Assembly: GCA_031254195.1 (NCBI GenBank)
Contig: JAIRUW010000031.1
Coordinates: 29,922-93,921, forward strand
DNA from: Oscillospiraceae bacterium
GTDB lineage: Bacteria; Bacillota; Clostridia; Oscillospirales; UBA929
Reading direction: 5' to 3'
DNA length: 64,000 bases
Below the pieces are notes generated by a model. It was not told the DNA's origin. It searched no databases and saw nothing but the letters and a program-made list of their open reading frames with translations. The translations under genes were made by a program, and so were the position numbers. This document shows, piece by piece, positions 20,984 to 31,700 of this stretch (positions are counted from its first letter, which is position 1; each line of letters starts with the position of its first letter).

Positions 20984-22159
20984 ATGTTCGTATACTGTGA
21001 TAACGCGGCAACAACCCCCATCTGCAAACCCGCCCTCGACGCCATGCTGCCATGGCTGGAGACAGGCTATGGCAACGCGTCCGGCTTTTATAAGAAAGCG
21101 CGGGAAGCGAAAAAGGCTTTGGAAGGCGCCCGCCGGACGGCGGCGTCCTGCCTCGGCGTCGCCCCGGAGGCGCTGTACTTCACCTCCGGCGGCACCGAAT
21201 CGGATAATTGGGCGCTGAAAGGCGCGTGCGAGGCGGGCGGGCATATCGCCGTTTCGGCGGTGGAGCACCATGCCGTGCTGCACACGGCGCAGTATCTGAA
21301 AAAGAGGGGGCATCCCCTGTCTGTTGTCCCTGTGGACGGGGACGGGTTGATTCATGCCGAAACGTTGGTAAAGGCGCTGCGTCCCGATACGGCAATTGTT
21401 TCCGTCATCTACGCCAACAACGAGATCGGGACGGTGCAGCCGGTGGCGGGGCTGGCGCGGGCGGTCAAGGAGTATAGCAAGAAAATCCTGTTCCACACCG
21501 ACGCCATACAAGCCGCCGGGCACATCCCCCTTGATATTTCAAAAGATATCGACATGCTCTCCCTCTCGGCGCATAAATTCGGAGGTCCCAAAGGCGTCGG
21601 CGCGCTCTATATCAAAGCCGACGTGAAACTGCCCCCCCTGCTGCACGGCGGCGGCCACGAGCGGGGGAAGCGCTCAACCACCGAGAATGTCGCCGGCGCG
21701 GCAGGGCTTGCCGCCGCGCTGGACTATATGTGCCAAAACCGTGACAATTTCGCGCGCAGAACGGCGTCTCTGCGGGACAAGCTGGTCGAGGGCATCCTGT
21801 CCGCCGTGCCGTACAGCAGCCTGACCGGGAGCCGGGAATATCGCCTGCCGGGCAATGCTTCCTTTGTTTTTGCCGCCGTGGAGGGCGAAAGCCTGGTGTT
21901 ACAGCTGGATTTGATGGGCGTCGCGGCGTCGAGCGGCTCGGCCTGCTCGTCGGCGGCGCTGGACCCTTCCCATGTGCTGCTGGCTATCGGCCTGCCGCAC
22001 GAGAAGGCGCACGGGAGCCTGCGGCTGACAGTCGGCCATGAGAATACCGAAGAAGAGATAGACTATGTCATCCAATCGGTCAAAACGGCGGTGGAGCGCT
22101 GTAGAAATATGAGTCCCCTGTGGGACGCGAAAAAGGGAGAACCGCTGCATGTACACTGA
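20984..22159 (+). CDS. nifS: Cysteine desulfurase (NifS/IscS type)
   Basis: 391 aa with the PLP lysine in 'LSLSAHKFGGPKGVG' and the catalytic loop 'SSGSACSS'. Confidence 0.9.
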   Translation: MFVYCDNAATTPICKPALDAMLPWLETGYGNASGFYKKAREAKKALEGARRTAASCLGVAPEALYFTSGGTESDNWALKGACEAGGHIAVSAVEHHAVLHTAQYLKKRGHPLSVVPVDGDGLIHAETLVKALRPDTAIVSVIYANNEIGTVQPVAGLARAVKEYSKKILFHTDAIQAAGHIPLDISKDIDMLSLSAHKFGGPKGVGALYIKADVKLPPLLHGGGHERGKRSTTENVAGAAGLAAALDYMCQNRDNFARRTASLRDKLVEGILSAVPYSSLTGSREYRLPGNASFVFAAVEGESLVLQLDLMGVAASSGSACSSAALDPSHVLLAIGLPHEKAHGSLRLTVGHENTEEEIDYVIQSVKTAVERCRNMSPLWDAKKGEPLHVH

Positions 22160-22526
22160 CTGCGTCATGGATCACTTCAACAACCCGCGCAATATGGGCG
22201 AGGTCGAAGGCTACAACGCCGAGGGCACTGTCGGCAACGCCAAGTGCGGCGACATCATGCGGATGACGATGCGCATCGAGGATGGCGTGGTCAAGGACGT
22301 CATGTTCAAGACGTTCGGCTGCGGCGCCGCCGTCGCCACCTCCAGCATCGCCACCGAGATGGTCAAAGGCAAGACGGTGGAGGAAGCGCTGGCGCTGACC
22401 AACAAAGCCGTCGTGGAGGCGCTGGAGGGCCTGCCGCCGCAGAAGATGCACTGTTCGGTGCTGGCGGAGGAGGCCATCAAGGCCGCCATCGCAAGCTACC
22501 GCGAAAAGACCCCCGATTTGACATAA
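22149..22526 (+). CDS. nifU: Fe-S cluster assembly scaffold (NifU N-terminal/IscU type)
   Basis: 125 aa with 'VMDHFNNPRNMG', 'NAKCGDIM', 'FGCGAAVATSS' and 'KMHCSVLAEEA'. Confidence 0.9.
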   Translation: MYTDCVMDHFNNPRNMGEVEGYNAEGTVGNAKCGDIMRMTMRIEDGVVKDVMFKTFGCGAAVATSSIATEMVKGKTVEEALALTNKAVVEALEGLPPQKMHCSVLAEEAIKAAIASYREKTPDLT

Positions 22527-22622
22527 TTCCCCCAATATGGTATGGTATGCTGAAAGAGAAGCGTACAAGACGCCGTCTGTTCGCGGTTTATACGCTTGAC
22601 ATGAGTTAGGGAGGTGGCGCCG

Positions 22623-23942
22623 ATGTTCCACCGTTTCCGGGGCGGTATCCACCCCCCGGATATGAAAGACGCGACCCGTCATAAACCCGTCGAGGCGCTT
22701 CCGCCGCCCGCGCGGGTCATTTTGCCTATGCTGATGCACGCCGGCGCGCCCTGCGAGCCGGTGGTGCGCCCCGATCAGGAGGTCTTCATGGGCCAACTGA
22801 TCGCGGACAGCAAAGAGCTGGTATCCGCGCCCATCCATTCGCCCGTTTCGGGCAGGGTGCTGGCGATAGACCCCTACCCCCACCCCAACGGTTCGCGTGT
22901 TTTGAGCGTCATCATCGAAAACGACGGGCGGGATACGCCGCATGAGTCAGTTCACCCCAAAGGTTCGGTGGAATCGCTCACATCCGACCAGCTGCTGCGC
23001 ATCGTCCGCGACGCGGGCATCGTGGGGATGGGCGGGGCGGCATACCCCACGCATGTAAAGATCGCGGCGGCGCGCGGCAAATGCGACACCGTCATCATCA
23101 ACGCCGCCGAATGCGAGCCGTATATCACCGCCGACCACCGCCTCATGCTGGAAGCCCCGGAGGAGGTCCTCGGCGGCCTGCGCGTCCTGATGAAGCTCTT
23201 GGAACCCAAACGCGCCGTCATCGCCGTGGAATCCAATAAGCGCGACGCCTTGGACGCCCTGCGCCGCACACTGCCGGGTAAGACTAAAATTGAGCTTACC
23301 GCGTTGCGCACGCGCTATCCGCAGGGGTCGGAGAAGCATATTATCAAATCCGTGACCGGGCGTGAAGTGCCGCCGGGCAAGCAACCTACCGACGTGAAAT
23401 GCGCCGTCTTCAATACCGACACGGCGGCGGCGCTGCACCGCGCCGTCACGACCGGGCAGCCGCTGATCCGGCGTATCGTCACCGTATCGGGCAGTGCCGT
23501 CGCCAACGCCAAAAATCTCGACGTACGCTTCGGCACCCCACTCATCGACGTCTTCAACGCCACCGGAGGGTTCCGTGAGCCGCCCGCCAAGGTGATGACC
23601 GGCGGCCCGATGATGGGCGCCGCGCAGCACGATCTGTCCGCGCCGCTGGTCAAGGGATGCAACGCCCTGCTGGCGTTTGCCGAAGCCGACGTCCCGCTGC
23701 CGGGCAATGAGATCTGCATCCGCTGCGGGCGGTGCGTGCGCGTATGCCCGGCGCACCTACTGCCTATTTACTTATATATGAACGAGCGCAAAAACCGCTT
23801 GCGGGAGCTGGAGCGCCTGCACCTTGAAGACTGCGTCGAGTGCGGGTCTTGCTCTTACATATGTCCGGGGCGGCTGCACCTTGTCCACTCCATGCGCACA
23901 GGCAAGCAAAAGCTCCAAGACGCCAAAAGGGAAGCGGGGTGA
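22623..23942 (+). CDS. rnfC: Rnf electron-transport complex subunit C
   Basis: It has 'GMGGAAYPTHVK' and two 4Fe-4S motifs, 'CIRCGRCVRVCP' and 'CVECGSCSYICP'. ATG 22623 follows the SD GGGAGGTG. Confidence 0.93.
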   Translation: MFHRFRGGIHPPDMKDATRHKPVEALPPPARVILPMLMHAGAPCEPVVRPDQEVFMGQLIADSKELVSAPIHSPVSGRVLAIDPYPHPNGSRVLSVIIENDGRDTPHESVHPKGSVESLTSDQLLRIVRDAGIVGMGGAAYPTHVKIAAARGKCDTVIINAAECEPYITADHRLMLEAPEEVLGGLRVLMKLLEPKRAVIAVESNKRDALDALRRTLPGKTKIELTALRTRYPQGSEKHIIKSVTGREVPPGKQPTDVKCAVFNTDTAAALHRAVTTGQPLIRRIVTVSGSAVANAKNLDVRFGTPLIDVFNATGGFREPPAKVMTGGPMMGAAQHDLSAPLVKGCNALLAFAEADVPLPGNEICIRCGRCVRVCPAHLLPIYLYMNERKNRLRELERLHLEDCVECGSCSYICPGRLHLVHSMRTGKQKLQDAKREAG

Positions 23943-23948
23943 CGGACG

Positions 23949-24959
23949 ATGGACAACCAACTGACCGTATCCTCCTCCCCGCACATCCGCGCCGACGAGA
24001 GTACGCGCGCCATTATGCTGGACATGCTGATCGCGCTGGTCTTCCCGCTGGCCGTCGCCGTCTATTTCTTCGGGTGGCGCTCGCTCTCCCTCACGGCCTT
24101 TACCGTAACCTGCTGCGTCGTCTTTGAATACCTTTACCGCAAACTGCTGAAAAAGCCCAACTCGCTGGGCGACCTGTCGGCCCCGGTGACCGGGATGCTG
24201 CTTAGCTTTACCCTGCCGGTCTCGGCCCCATATTGGATGGCCGCGGTGGGCGCGTTCTTCGCCATTGTGGTGGTCAAACAGCTCTACGGCGGGCTTGGCA
24301 AAAACTTTCTCAACCCCGCGCTGGCCGCCCGCGCTTTTCTGGCGGGCTTTGCCGCCCTTTCGGTGCATGTCGCGCCGCTGTCCGACCCCAGGGTTCCCAT
24401 CCTCGGCTCCTTTGACGCGGACGCCATAGCGCAGGCGACCCCGCTGAGCTACTTAAAGCCCGTTGAGCAGCTTCGCCTTGACAGATTGCCGGAGGAGTTT
24501 TCCTGGTGGGAAAATCTCTTTTTGGGGCAGATCCCCGGTGCCATCGGGGAAGTCAGCGCCGCCATGCTGTTGCTGGGGGGGCTGTATCTCGTCATCCGGC
24601 GCGTCATCACCCCCCGTATCCCGCTTGCCTTTATCGGGACGGTGGCATTGCTCACATTCCTTTTCCCACGCGGCGGTATTGGCGGTTATGAGTATATGCT
24701 TTACAATTTGCTGTCGGGCGGGCTGTTGCTCGGCGCCGTCTTTATGGCCACCGACTATTCTACCAGCCCCGTCACACCGCGCGGCCAGTGGGCCTTTGGG
24801 ATCGGCTGCGGCCTGCTGACCGTTTTTTTCCGCTATTTCAGCGCCATGCCGGAGGGTGTATGCTTTGCCATATTGCTGATGAACACCGTCGTCTGGCTGC
24901 TGGATAAAATCGGCGCCCCGAGGCGTTTCGGAAGGGGGTGGACACGTCGTGAAGGGTGA
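23949..24959 (+). CDS. rnfD: Rnf complex subunit D
   Basis: 336 aa and polytopic, with 'SSPHIR' and 'GGLGKNFLNPALAARAF'. The periplasmic-loop site is 'DADAIAQATPLS', a variant of the DAxSGAT flavinylation site. Confidence 0.9.
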   Translation: MDNQLTVSSSPHIRADESTRAIMLDMLIALVFPLAVAVYFFGWRSLSLTAFTVTCCVVFEYLYRKLLKKPNSLGDLSAPVTGMLLSFTLPVSAPYWMAAVGAFFAIVVVKQLYGGLGKNFLNPALAARAFLAGFAALSVHVAPLSDPRVPILGSFDADAIAQATPLSYLKPVEQLRLDRLPEEFSWWENLFLGQIPGAIGEVSAAMLLLGGLYLVIRRVITPRIPLAFIGTVALLTFLFPRGGIGGYEYMLYNLLSGGLLLGAVFMATDYSTSPVTPRGQWAFGIGCGLLTVFFRYFSAMPEGVCFAILLMNTVVWLLDKIGAPRRFGRGWTRREG

Positions 24960-25635
24960 TTTTGCCGAAACGGTGGAAACCCGGGAGGAAACACCGGACA
25001 GCCGTGCCGCCACGCCGGTGGAAGATCCCCCCGAACCCCCTCCCGCCCCCGCCGCCAAAAGCCTTCCAGACCTCAAAGGGGCGCTGATGCGCACCCGCCC
25101 CTTCCTGCATAAAGCGGGACTATGGCTGCGTAAGGCATGGAGCGCGGCAAAACGGGCCTCCCTCGCGGTTTGGCGTGTGTTGAGCGTGACCGGGCGGGCT
25201 TTGCGCCGCTTTTTCAAGAAAGACTCCATACCCAATCTGGCGCTTGTGCTGGCGCTGCTGACGACCGTCACCGCAGCCGGGCTGGGGATTACGCAGTCTC
25301 TTGCTGAGCCGCGGATTGCGGATGCGAGGGCTGAGATGTTCAAGGCGACGATGGGGACCGTTTTCCCGGACGAGGGGCTTACGTTCACCCGGTCTTCCCT
25401 GGGAGAAAACATCTATGAGGGGCGCGACGGGGATGGGCGTCTGGCCGGGTTTTCTATCCTTGTATCCCCCAGGGGGCATACAGGGCCGGTCGATATGATC
25501 GTCGGCGTTGATCTCCTGCGGGAGGTGACCGGCGTGGAGGTCGTAGCCCACCGGGAGATACGGGATTTCTCGGCGGCCGTGGAGCAGGGCATTATGGAAG
25601 CGCTGGCTTCTTTTGACAGGGGGATACAGCCGTGA
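24949..25635 (+). CDS. rnfG: Rnf complex subunit G (atypical: long Pro-rich N-terminal extension; canonical SGAT FMN-attachment motif not seen)
   Basis: It sits in the conserved position between rnfD and rnfE. It has one TM segment ('IPNLALVLALLTTVTAAGLGI') and an FMN_bind-like 'GHTGPVDMIVGVDLLREVTGVEVVAH'. The protein ends about 30 aa later. Confidence 0.75.
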   Translation: MKGDFAETVETREETPDSRAATPVEDPPEPPPAPAAKSLPDLKGALMRTRPFLHKAGLWLRKAWSAAKRASLAVWRVLSVTGRALRRFFKKDSIPNLALVLALLTTVTAAGLGITQSLAEPRIADARAEMFKATMGTVFPDEGLTFTRSSLGENIYEGRDGDGRLAGFSILVSPRGHTGPVDMIVGVDLLREVTGVEVVAHREIRDFSAAVEQGIMEALASFDRGIQP

Positions 25636-26243
25636 CCCAGACGATGAAACAGTTTAAGAACGGGCTGCTTGACCAGAACCCCACGCTGGCCCTGATGCTG
25701 GGCATGTGCCCTGCGCTGGCGACCACAACGACGATGACCGACGCCGCGGGCATGGGACTGACGACCACAGCGGTGCTCATCTGCTCCAATTTCGCCATTT
25801 CGGCGCTTCGGAGGATTATCCCCGAAAAGATACGCATTGCCGCCTTTATCACCATCATCGCGGGCTTTGTCACCATCGCCGATACCCTGCTCCAGGCGTT
25901 TGCTCCTTCGCTGTCGCGCTCGCTAGGCATCTTCATCCCGCTGATCGTGGTCAACTGCATCGTCTTCGCCCGCGCCGAGGTGTTCGCCTTCCGAAACGGC
26001 GTCGGCCGCTCCGTTCTGGACGGTTTGGCGATGGGCATGGGATTTTTGATGGCCCTGTTGGTGGTCGCGGGCGTCCGCGAGTTTTTGAGCGCGGGGACGT
26101 TGTTCGAGTTCCGCATCCTGCCCGAGGCCGTCCCTACCCTTCCCGTCATGGCGCAGCCGCCGGGCGGTTTTCTGGCGCTGGGACTGGCGCTCGCCGTCAC
26201 ACAGGCCGTGCGGAGCAAGAGGAAAGCGAGGTCGGCCGTATGA
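25632..26243 (+). CDS. rnfE: Rnf complex subunit E
   Basis: 203 aa with 'NPTLALMLGMCPALATT' and 'IFIPLIVVNCIV'. Confidence 0.92.
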   Translation: MTQTMKQFKNGLLDQNPTLALMLGMCPALATTTTMTDAAGMGLTTTAVLICSNFAISALRRIIPEKIRIAAFITIIAGFVTIADTLLQAFAPSLSRSLGIFIPLIVVNCIVFARAEVFAFRNGVGRSVLDGLAMGMGFLMALLVVAGVREFLSAGTLFEFRILPEAVPTLPVMAQPPGGFLALGLALAVTQAVRSKRKARSAV

Positions 26244-26827
26244 CATGGCAGGGGCTTATCACGCTGAGCTTGGGCGCGATCTTGATTGAAAATTTTGTCC
26301 TTGTGAAGTTTTTGGGTATCTGCCCTTTTATAGGCGTCTCCAAAAAGCTGGACACCGCGCTGGGCATGAGCATGGCGGTCGTCTTTGTCATGACGGTGTC
26401 GTCCGCCGCGACATGGGCGGTGCAGGAATTCCTGCTCGTTCCGTTGGGCGTAGAGTATATGGGCATGGTCGCGTTTATTCTGGTCATCGCCGCGCTGGTG
26501 CAGCTTGTGGAGATGTTTTTGCAAAAAATCGCCCCCGCCCTGCATAAAGCGCTGGGCGTCTACCTGCCGCTAATCACCACCAACTGCGCCATATTGGGCG
26601 TCGCCATTATCAATGCCGAAAACGGGAGCGGTTTCTTCGAGAGCGTCCTGTTTGCGTTTTTGTCGGGCGTGGGCTTTTCGCTGGCGCTTCTGCTATTTTG
26701 CTCCATCCGGGCGCGGCTGGAGTTTTCGGAGCATCCCGAAGCGTTTGAGGGCTTCCCCATCGCACTGGTCACGGCAGGCTTGCTGGCCTTGGCGTTTACA
26801 GGGTTTTCAAGTATAAGGATATTTTGA
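26240..26827 (+). CDS. rnfA: Rnf complex subunit A
   Basis: This is the 3' portion of ORF 25706..26827. ATG 26240 overlaps the rnfE stop (ATGA). It has 'ENFVLVKFLGICPF' and 'YLPLITTNCAILG'. Confidence 0.92.
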   Translation: MTWQGLITLSLGAILIENFVLVKFLGICPFIGVSKKLDTALGMSMAVVFVMTVSSAATWAVQEFLLVPLGVEYMGMVAFILVIAALVQLVEMFLQKIAPALHKALGVYLPLITTNCAILGVAIINAENGSGFFESVLFAFLSGVGFSLALLLFCSIRARLEFSEHPEAFEGFPIALVTAGLLALAFTGFSSIRIF

Positions 26828-26849
26828 GTTTTCTGGGAGATGATACCCA

Positions 26850-27665
26850 ATGGATACACTGTCCGCGATATTGGTGCTGGGCGGGCTGGGCGTAACGCTC
26901 GGCCTCCTGCTGGCGTTCGCGGCGCGGCTGTTCAAGGCGGAGGCGGACCCCCGGGCCGGTGACATTACCGACCTGCTGCCGGGCATCAATTGCGGCGGCT
27001 GCGGCTACGAAACCTGCCAAGCGTTTGCCAAAGAGCTGAACGCCGGGCAGGCCGACGCGGCCGGGTGCCCCGTGGGCGGGCAGGAGCTTGCCGAGAAGCT
27101 GAGCGCCCTTCTGGGCGTCGAAATGAAGGAAGGGCTGCGCCTCGCCGTTTTGGTGCGCTGTTCGGGAGGGGTGCGCGCCCGTGATAAATTTCAATATGAG
27201 GGCATCGGCGACTGCCATGCCGCTATGCGGATCGGGGGCGGCCCCAAGGAGTGCCCATACGGCTGCGTTGGCTTGGGTTCCTGTGTTCATGCCTGTCCGT
27301 TCGGCGCGATCTCTGTTGTGGACGGCGTGGCCGTCGTAGACCCCGAGCGCTGTACCGGCTGCCGCCTCTGCGTTTCCTCATGCCCCAAGCATATCATCGT
27401 TCCCGTGCCTTACCACGCCGACGTCCACATCGCCTGCTCCTCCCTCGAGAAAGGGGGGACGCTTCGGAAGATCTGCGACATCGGGTGTTTGGGCTGCCGA
27501 ATCTGTGAGAAAGTCTGCATATCGGGCGCCGTCCGCGTTGAGGACAACTGCGCGTCCATTGATTTTGAAAAATGCAGTGGCTGCGGCGACTGCGCCGAAA
27601 AATGCCCCCGTAAGCTCATTGTGGACGCGAAGCTGGACAGGGGGCCGCGATTGATGGAAGGATAG
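26850..27665 (+). CDS. rnfB: Rnf complex subunit B (polyferredoxin-type)
   Basis: It has an N-terminal TM segment, the 4Fe-4S-binding 'CGGCGYETC', and several CxxCxxCxxxCP ferredoxin motifs. Confidence 0.92.
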   Translation: MDTLSAILVLGGLGVTLGLLLAFAARLFKAEADPRAGDITDLLPGINCGGCGYETCQAFAKELNAGQADAAGCPVGGQELAEKLSALLGVEMKEGLRLAVLVRCSGGVRARDKFQYEGIGDCHAAMRIGGGPKECPYGCVGLGSCVHACPFGAISVVDGVAVVDPERCTGCRLCVSSCPKHIIVPVPYHADVHIACSSLEKGGTLRKICDIGCLGCRICEKVCISGAVRVEDNCASIDFEKCSGCGDCAEKCPRKLIVDAKLDRGPRLMEG

Positions 27666-27674
27666 AGCCGCTCC

Positions 27675-28742
27675 ATGCCCAGATACAAAACATATCACGG
27701 ACGGAAAAAGCTCCGCTGGCTTAAGGTCTCCCTTCTCTGTTTGCTGGCCGGCGGCGTTGTGGCTCTGTGCGCTTTCGTTTTGCCGGACTATGTCACATGG
27801 TCGGAGGACGGGCTGACGATCGACCTTCCTTTTATGTCTTGGATGACCCGCAAGGCTCCGTCGGAGCCGCCCCCGCCGCAGGACAGCGTTGTCGTTGAGG
27901 TTCCGCCGCCGCCCTCCCCCTCCCCGGAGCCGTCCCCTTCCCCCTCCCCGACGCCGCGGCGGACGCCCGGGCAAGTGCGCGCCTTCTTCCTCCCGCTGAC
28001 CCTCCTGGGCGACACCGGGGAACTGGAAACCATCCGCCGCCGTGCGCTGGAGGACGGCGTGAACATGCTGGCACTGGAATACAAGGACGCTAGGGGTACG
28101 GTCGTTAATGAAGCGATTTTGGCCGCCGCGCTGGAGATTTTATCCGTTCCGGGCCTGACACTGACGGCGGTGGTCGCCGCTTGCGTGGACAACACCGTCC
28201 CGTTCGGACCCAACGCCGAGTGGGCGGTCAAGCATATCTCAGGAGTCAACTTCAAAGACAACTTCGACCGCCGCTGGCTCAATCCCTATCTGCCCGAAGT
28301 GCGCGCTTTTATCATCGGACAGGTGCTGGCGGCCTATGAAGCGGGGTTTGACCGGGTGATGCTCACCCACGTCGGCTTCCCGTATTCGGGCGGGGTCAAT
28401 CAGATCGACTATAACGGCGAAGAGCTGACCGTCGGCCCCGTCAATGCCGTCAACATACTGCTGGACGGCCTGCGGGACGCCGCGAGCGAACGCCCCCTTG
28501 ACGTCTGGCTTTTTGAGAGCACGGCTAACGAGGGCGTCTTTGAAACGGCGGGGCAGGATTTGGCGGCATTTGGAGAAGCCTTTGACCTCATGTTTGTCAC
28601 ATTGCCCGACGATGTAACATCTATAGAAAGGCCCTTCATCCCCATCATCCCTAACGACGGGGGTGATATAACGCATAAGCTGGAGTTGGCGGAGCAGGGC
28701 TTTATGCTGTACAATGGGCTGGGGAAATATTATGACAGCTGA
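27675..28742 (+). CDS. Membrane-anchored hypothetical protein, possibly a glycoside-hydrolase-like TIM-barrel protein
   Basis: 355 aa with an N-terminal TM segment and the linker 'PPPPSPSPEPSPSPSPTP'. The globular domain ('WLNPYLPEVRAFI', 'GFDRVMLTHVGFP') resembles uncharacterised GH-like families. That family assignment is from memory only. Confidence 0.5.
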   Translation: MPRYKTYHGRKKLRWLKVSLLCLLAGGVVALCAFVLPDYVTWSEDGLTIDLPFMSWMTRKAPSEPPPPQDSVVVEVPPPPSPSPEPSPSPSPTPRRTPGQVRAFFLPLTLLGDTGELETIRRRALEDGVNMLALEYKDARGTVVNEAILAAALEILSVPGLTLTAVVAACVDNTVPFGPNAEWAVKHISGVNFKDNFDRRWLNPYLPEVRAFIIGQVLAAYEAGFDRVMLTHVGFPYSGGVNQIDYNGEELTVGPVNAVNILLDGLRDAASERPLDVWLFESTANEGVFETAGQDLAAFGEAFDLMFVTLPDDVTSIERPFIPIIPNDGGDITHKLELAEQGFMLYNGLGKYYDS

Positions 28743-28781
28743 CAGAGCGCTGTTCGCTGTCAGCAATGATGGGGGGAACCT

Positions 28782-31700
28782 ATGGAGTACCGCCTTGGGA
28801 TCGATATCGGCAGCACGACCATCAAAGCTGTGCTGCTGGACGGAAACGACGCTATCCTATACAGCCGCTATCGCCGCCACCGCAGCGACGTCTCGAAGGA
28901 GATGGCGCTGCTTTTTGACGAAATCGCCGAGGACTTGCCGGAGATAACCGCGACCGTGCGTATGACCGGTTCGGCAGGGCTGGGCGCGGCCACGGCGCTG
29001 AACCTTCCGTTTATGCAGGAGGTGGCCGCCGGAACGCGGGCCGTACACCGCTTTGTCCCCGGCGCGGATGTCGTCATAGAGCTGGGCGGCGAGGACGCCA
29101 AAATCACCTTTATGAAGCCTGTTGTCAGCCAGCGCATGAACGGCACCTGCGCAGGCGGCACCGGCGCGTTCATCGACCAAATGGCGGCGCTGCTGCAAAC
29201 CGACGCGGCCGGCCTCAATAAACTGGCAAAAGAGTATACATCGCTCTATTCCATCGCGTCACGCTGCGGCGTGTTCGCCAAGAGCGACATGCAGCCGCTC
29301 CTGAATGAGGGCGCGGGGCACGCCGATTTGGCCGCCTCGGTGCTTCAGGCGGTCGTTAACCAGACGATCGCGGGATTGGCCTGCGGTCAGCCTATCACCG
29401 GGCGGGTGGTTTTTTTGGGCGGGCCGCTGACCTATATGTCGGAGCTGCGCGGCGCGTTTGAGAGAACGCTCGCGGACGCAGGGTGCGAGTTTGTCACACC
29501 GCGGCACGCTGAGATTTTTATCGCGTTGGGCGCGGCGTTGGGCTCGGACGGCGAGCCGATGCTGTTGTCCGAATTGCCCGGGCGCCTGCAAAACGCGGGC
29601 GCGATTGACGCCGACATCCCGCGGATGGAGCCGCTGTTCGCCTCTAAAGAGGAACTGCAAGACTTCCAGTCCCGGCACGCGCGGGCCAGAGCGCTGCGGG
29701 GCGACATATCGGGCGCGGAAGGGCCTTGTTTTCTGGGCGTGGACGCGGGCAGTACCACCATCAAGGCGGTTCTGACAGAGCGGGACGGGCAGATCCTCTA
29801 TACATATTACAGCAAAAATGAGGGCGCGCCGCTGCCCCGCGCGGCGGAAGCGCTGCGGGAAATTTATCAAAATCTGCCTCCCAAAGCCTATGTCGGCGGT
29901 GTGACGGTGACCGGGTACGGCGAGCAGCTGCTCAAGACGGCCTTGCGCGCCGACCGGGGGGAGATCGAAACGGTCTGCCACACCCGCGCCGCGCAGGCGT
30001 TCGCGCCGGATGTAGACTTCATCCTCGACATCGGCGGGCAGGACATGAAATGCCTCCGTATCCGGGATGGCCTGCTGGACTCGGTGCTGCTCAACGAAGC
30101 CTGTTCCTCCGGTTGCGGTTCATTTGTCCAGACCTTTGCCGAAGCGCTGGGGCTTTCGGTGGCGGATTTCGCCGTACGGGCGCTGGACGCGGAGCGCCCC
30201 GTGGATCTGGGTACCCGCTGTACGGTTTTTATGAACTCGCGGGTCAAACAGGCGCAGAAGGAGGGCGCGAGCATCGGCGACATCTCCTGCGGCCTTTCCT
30301 ATTCGGTGGTGCGCAACGCGCTGTTCAAGGTCATCAAGCTCCAGTCGCCGGAGCAGATGGGGAAAACCATCCTCGTCCAGGGCGGCACATTTTACAACGA
30401 CGCCATCCTCCGTTGCTTTGAAAGGGTGGCCGGCGTGGAGGTCATTCGCCCCGATGTGGCCGGGCTGATGGGCGCGTACGGCGCGGCGCTGATCGCTTCG
30501 GACAGCTACACCGCCGGGGCGCGCTCGTCGGTGATCGCAGCGGACAGTCTGGATGAGATACAGCCCCAAAAAGTGGCGCAGGTGGCCTGTATGGCCTGTA
30601 CCAACGCCTGTAAATTGACCGTTTCAACCTTCGCGGGCGGGCGGCGGCTGATCAGCGGCTTCCGCTGCGAAAAAGGGGAGGGGAAGAGCGCCGATTCGGG
30701 CCTGCCGAACCTGATGGAGGAGAAATACGACCGGCTCTTCTCCTATAAGCCGCTTGACCCGGACAAAGCGCCTAACGGCTGCATCGGGTTGCCGCGCGCT
30801 TTGAATATGTATGAAAACTACCCGCTGTGGCACACCTTCTTTACCGAGCTGGGCTTCTCCGCCGTACTGTCGCGCGGATCCGATCACACGCTGTTTGAGG
30901 AAGGAATGTCCACCATCCCCTCCGAGAGCATCTGCTACCCCGCCAAGCTGGCCCATGGGCATATCCACGATTTGCTGAAGCGGGGCGTGAAAACCGTCTT
31001 CTACCCTTGCGTCACCTATGAGCGCAAGGAGAACGAGGCGGCGGGGAACTACTATAACTGCCCCATCGTCCAGTCCTACCCCGAGGTCATCGACGCCAAC
31101 ATGGACATCCTCAAAAAGTCCGGCGCCGTTCTGCTCAAGCCGTTCCTCTCGCTGATGCACAAGGACAAGATGGCGAAAACGCTGACCAAGATGCTCTCGC
31201 CGTGGAAGATACCGCATGGGAAGGTCAAACGCGCCCTTGATCTGGGCTTTGCCGAGATGGACAGTTTTCGCGCGTTTTTGGCAAAGCGGGGCGAGGAAAC
31301 AGTGCGCTGGCTGGAGAGGACAGGGGGAACGGGCGTAGTGCTGGCGGGCCGCCCCTACCATGCCGACCCGGAGATTCATCATGGGCTGCCGCGCATGGTC
31401 GCGTCGCTGGGCTTTGCCGTGCTGACCGAGGATTCGGTCGCCCATCTCGCGCCCGTCCAGCGCCCGCTGCGGATCTTTGACCAGTGGATGTACCACACCC
31501 GCCTATACGACGCCGCCGCCTATGTCGCGGCCCACCCAAATTTACAAATGGTGCAGCTCAACTCGTTCGGCTGCGGGCTGGACGCGGTGACGACCGACCA
31601 GGTGCAGGAGATATTATCGTCGGCGGGCAAGATATACACCGCCTTGAAGATCGACGAGATCAACTCGCTGGGCGCGGCGCGGATCCGTATGCGTTCGCTG

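Noticed and set aside
25706-26827. 373-aa ORF spanning rnfE and rnfA.
   Set aside because: Only the 3' 196 codons (from ATG 26240) encode RnfA. The upstream part is an out-of-frame read-through of rnfE with an Arg/Gly/His-rich nonsense translation.
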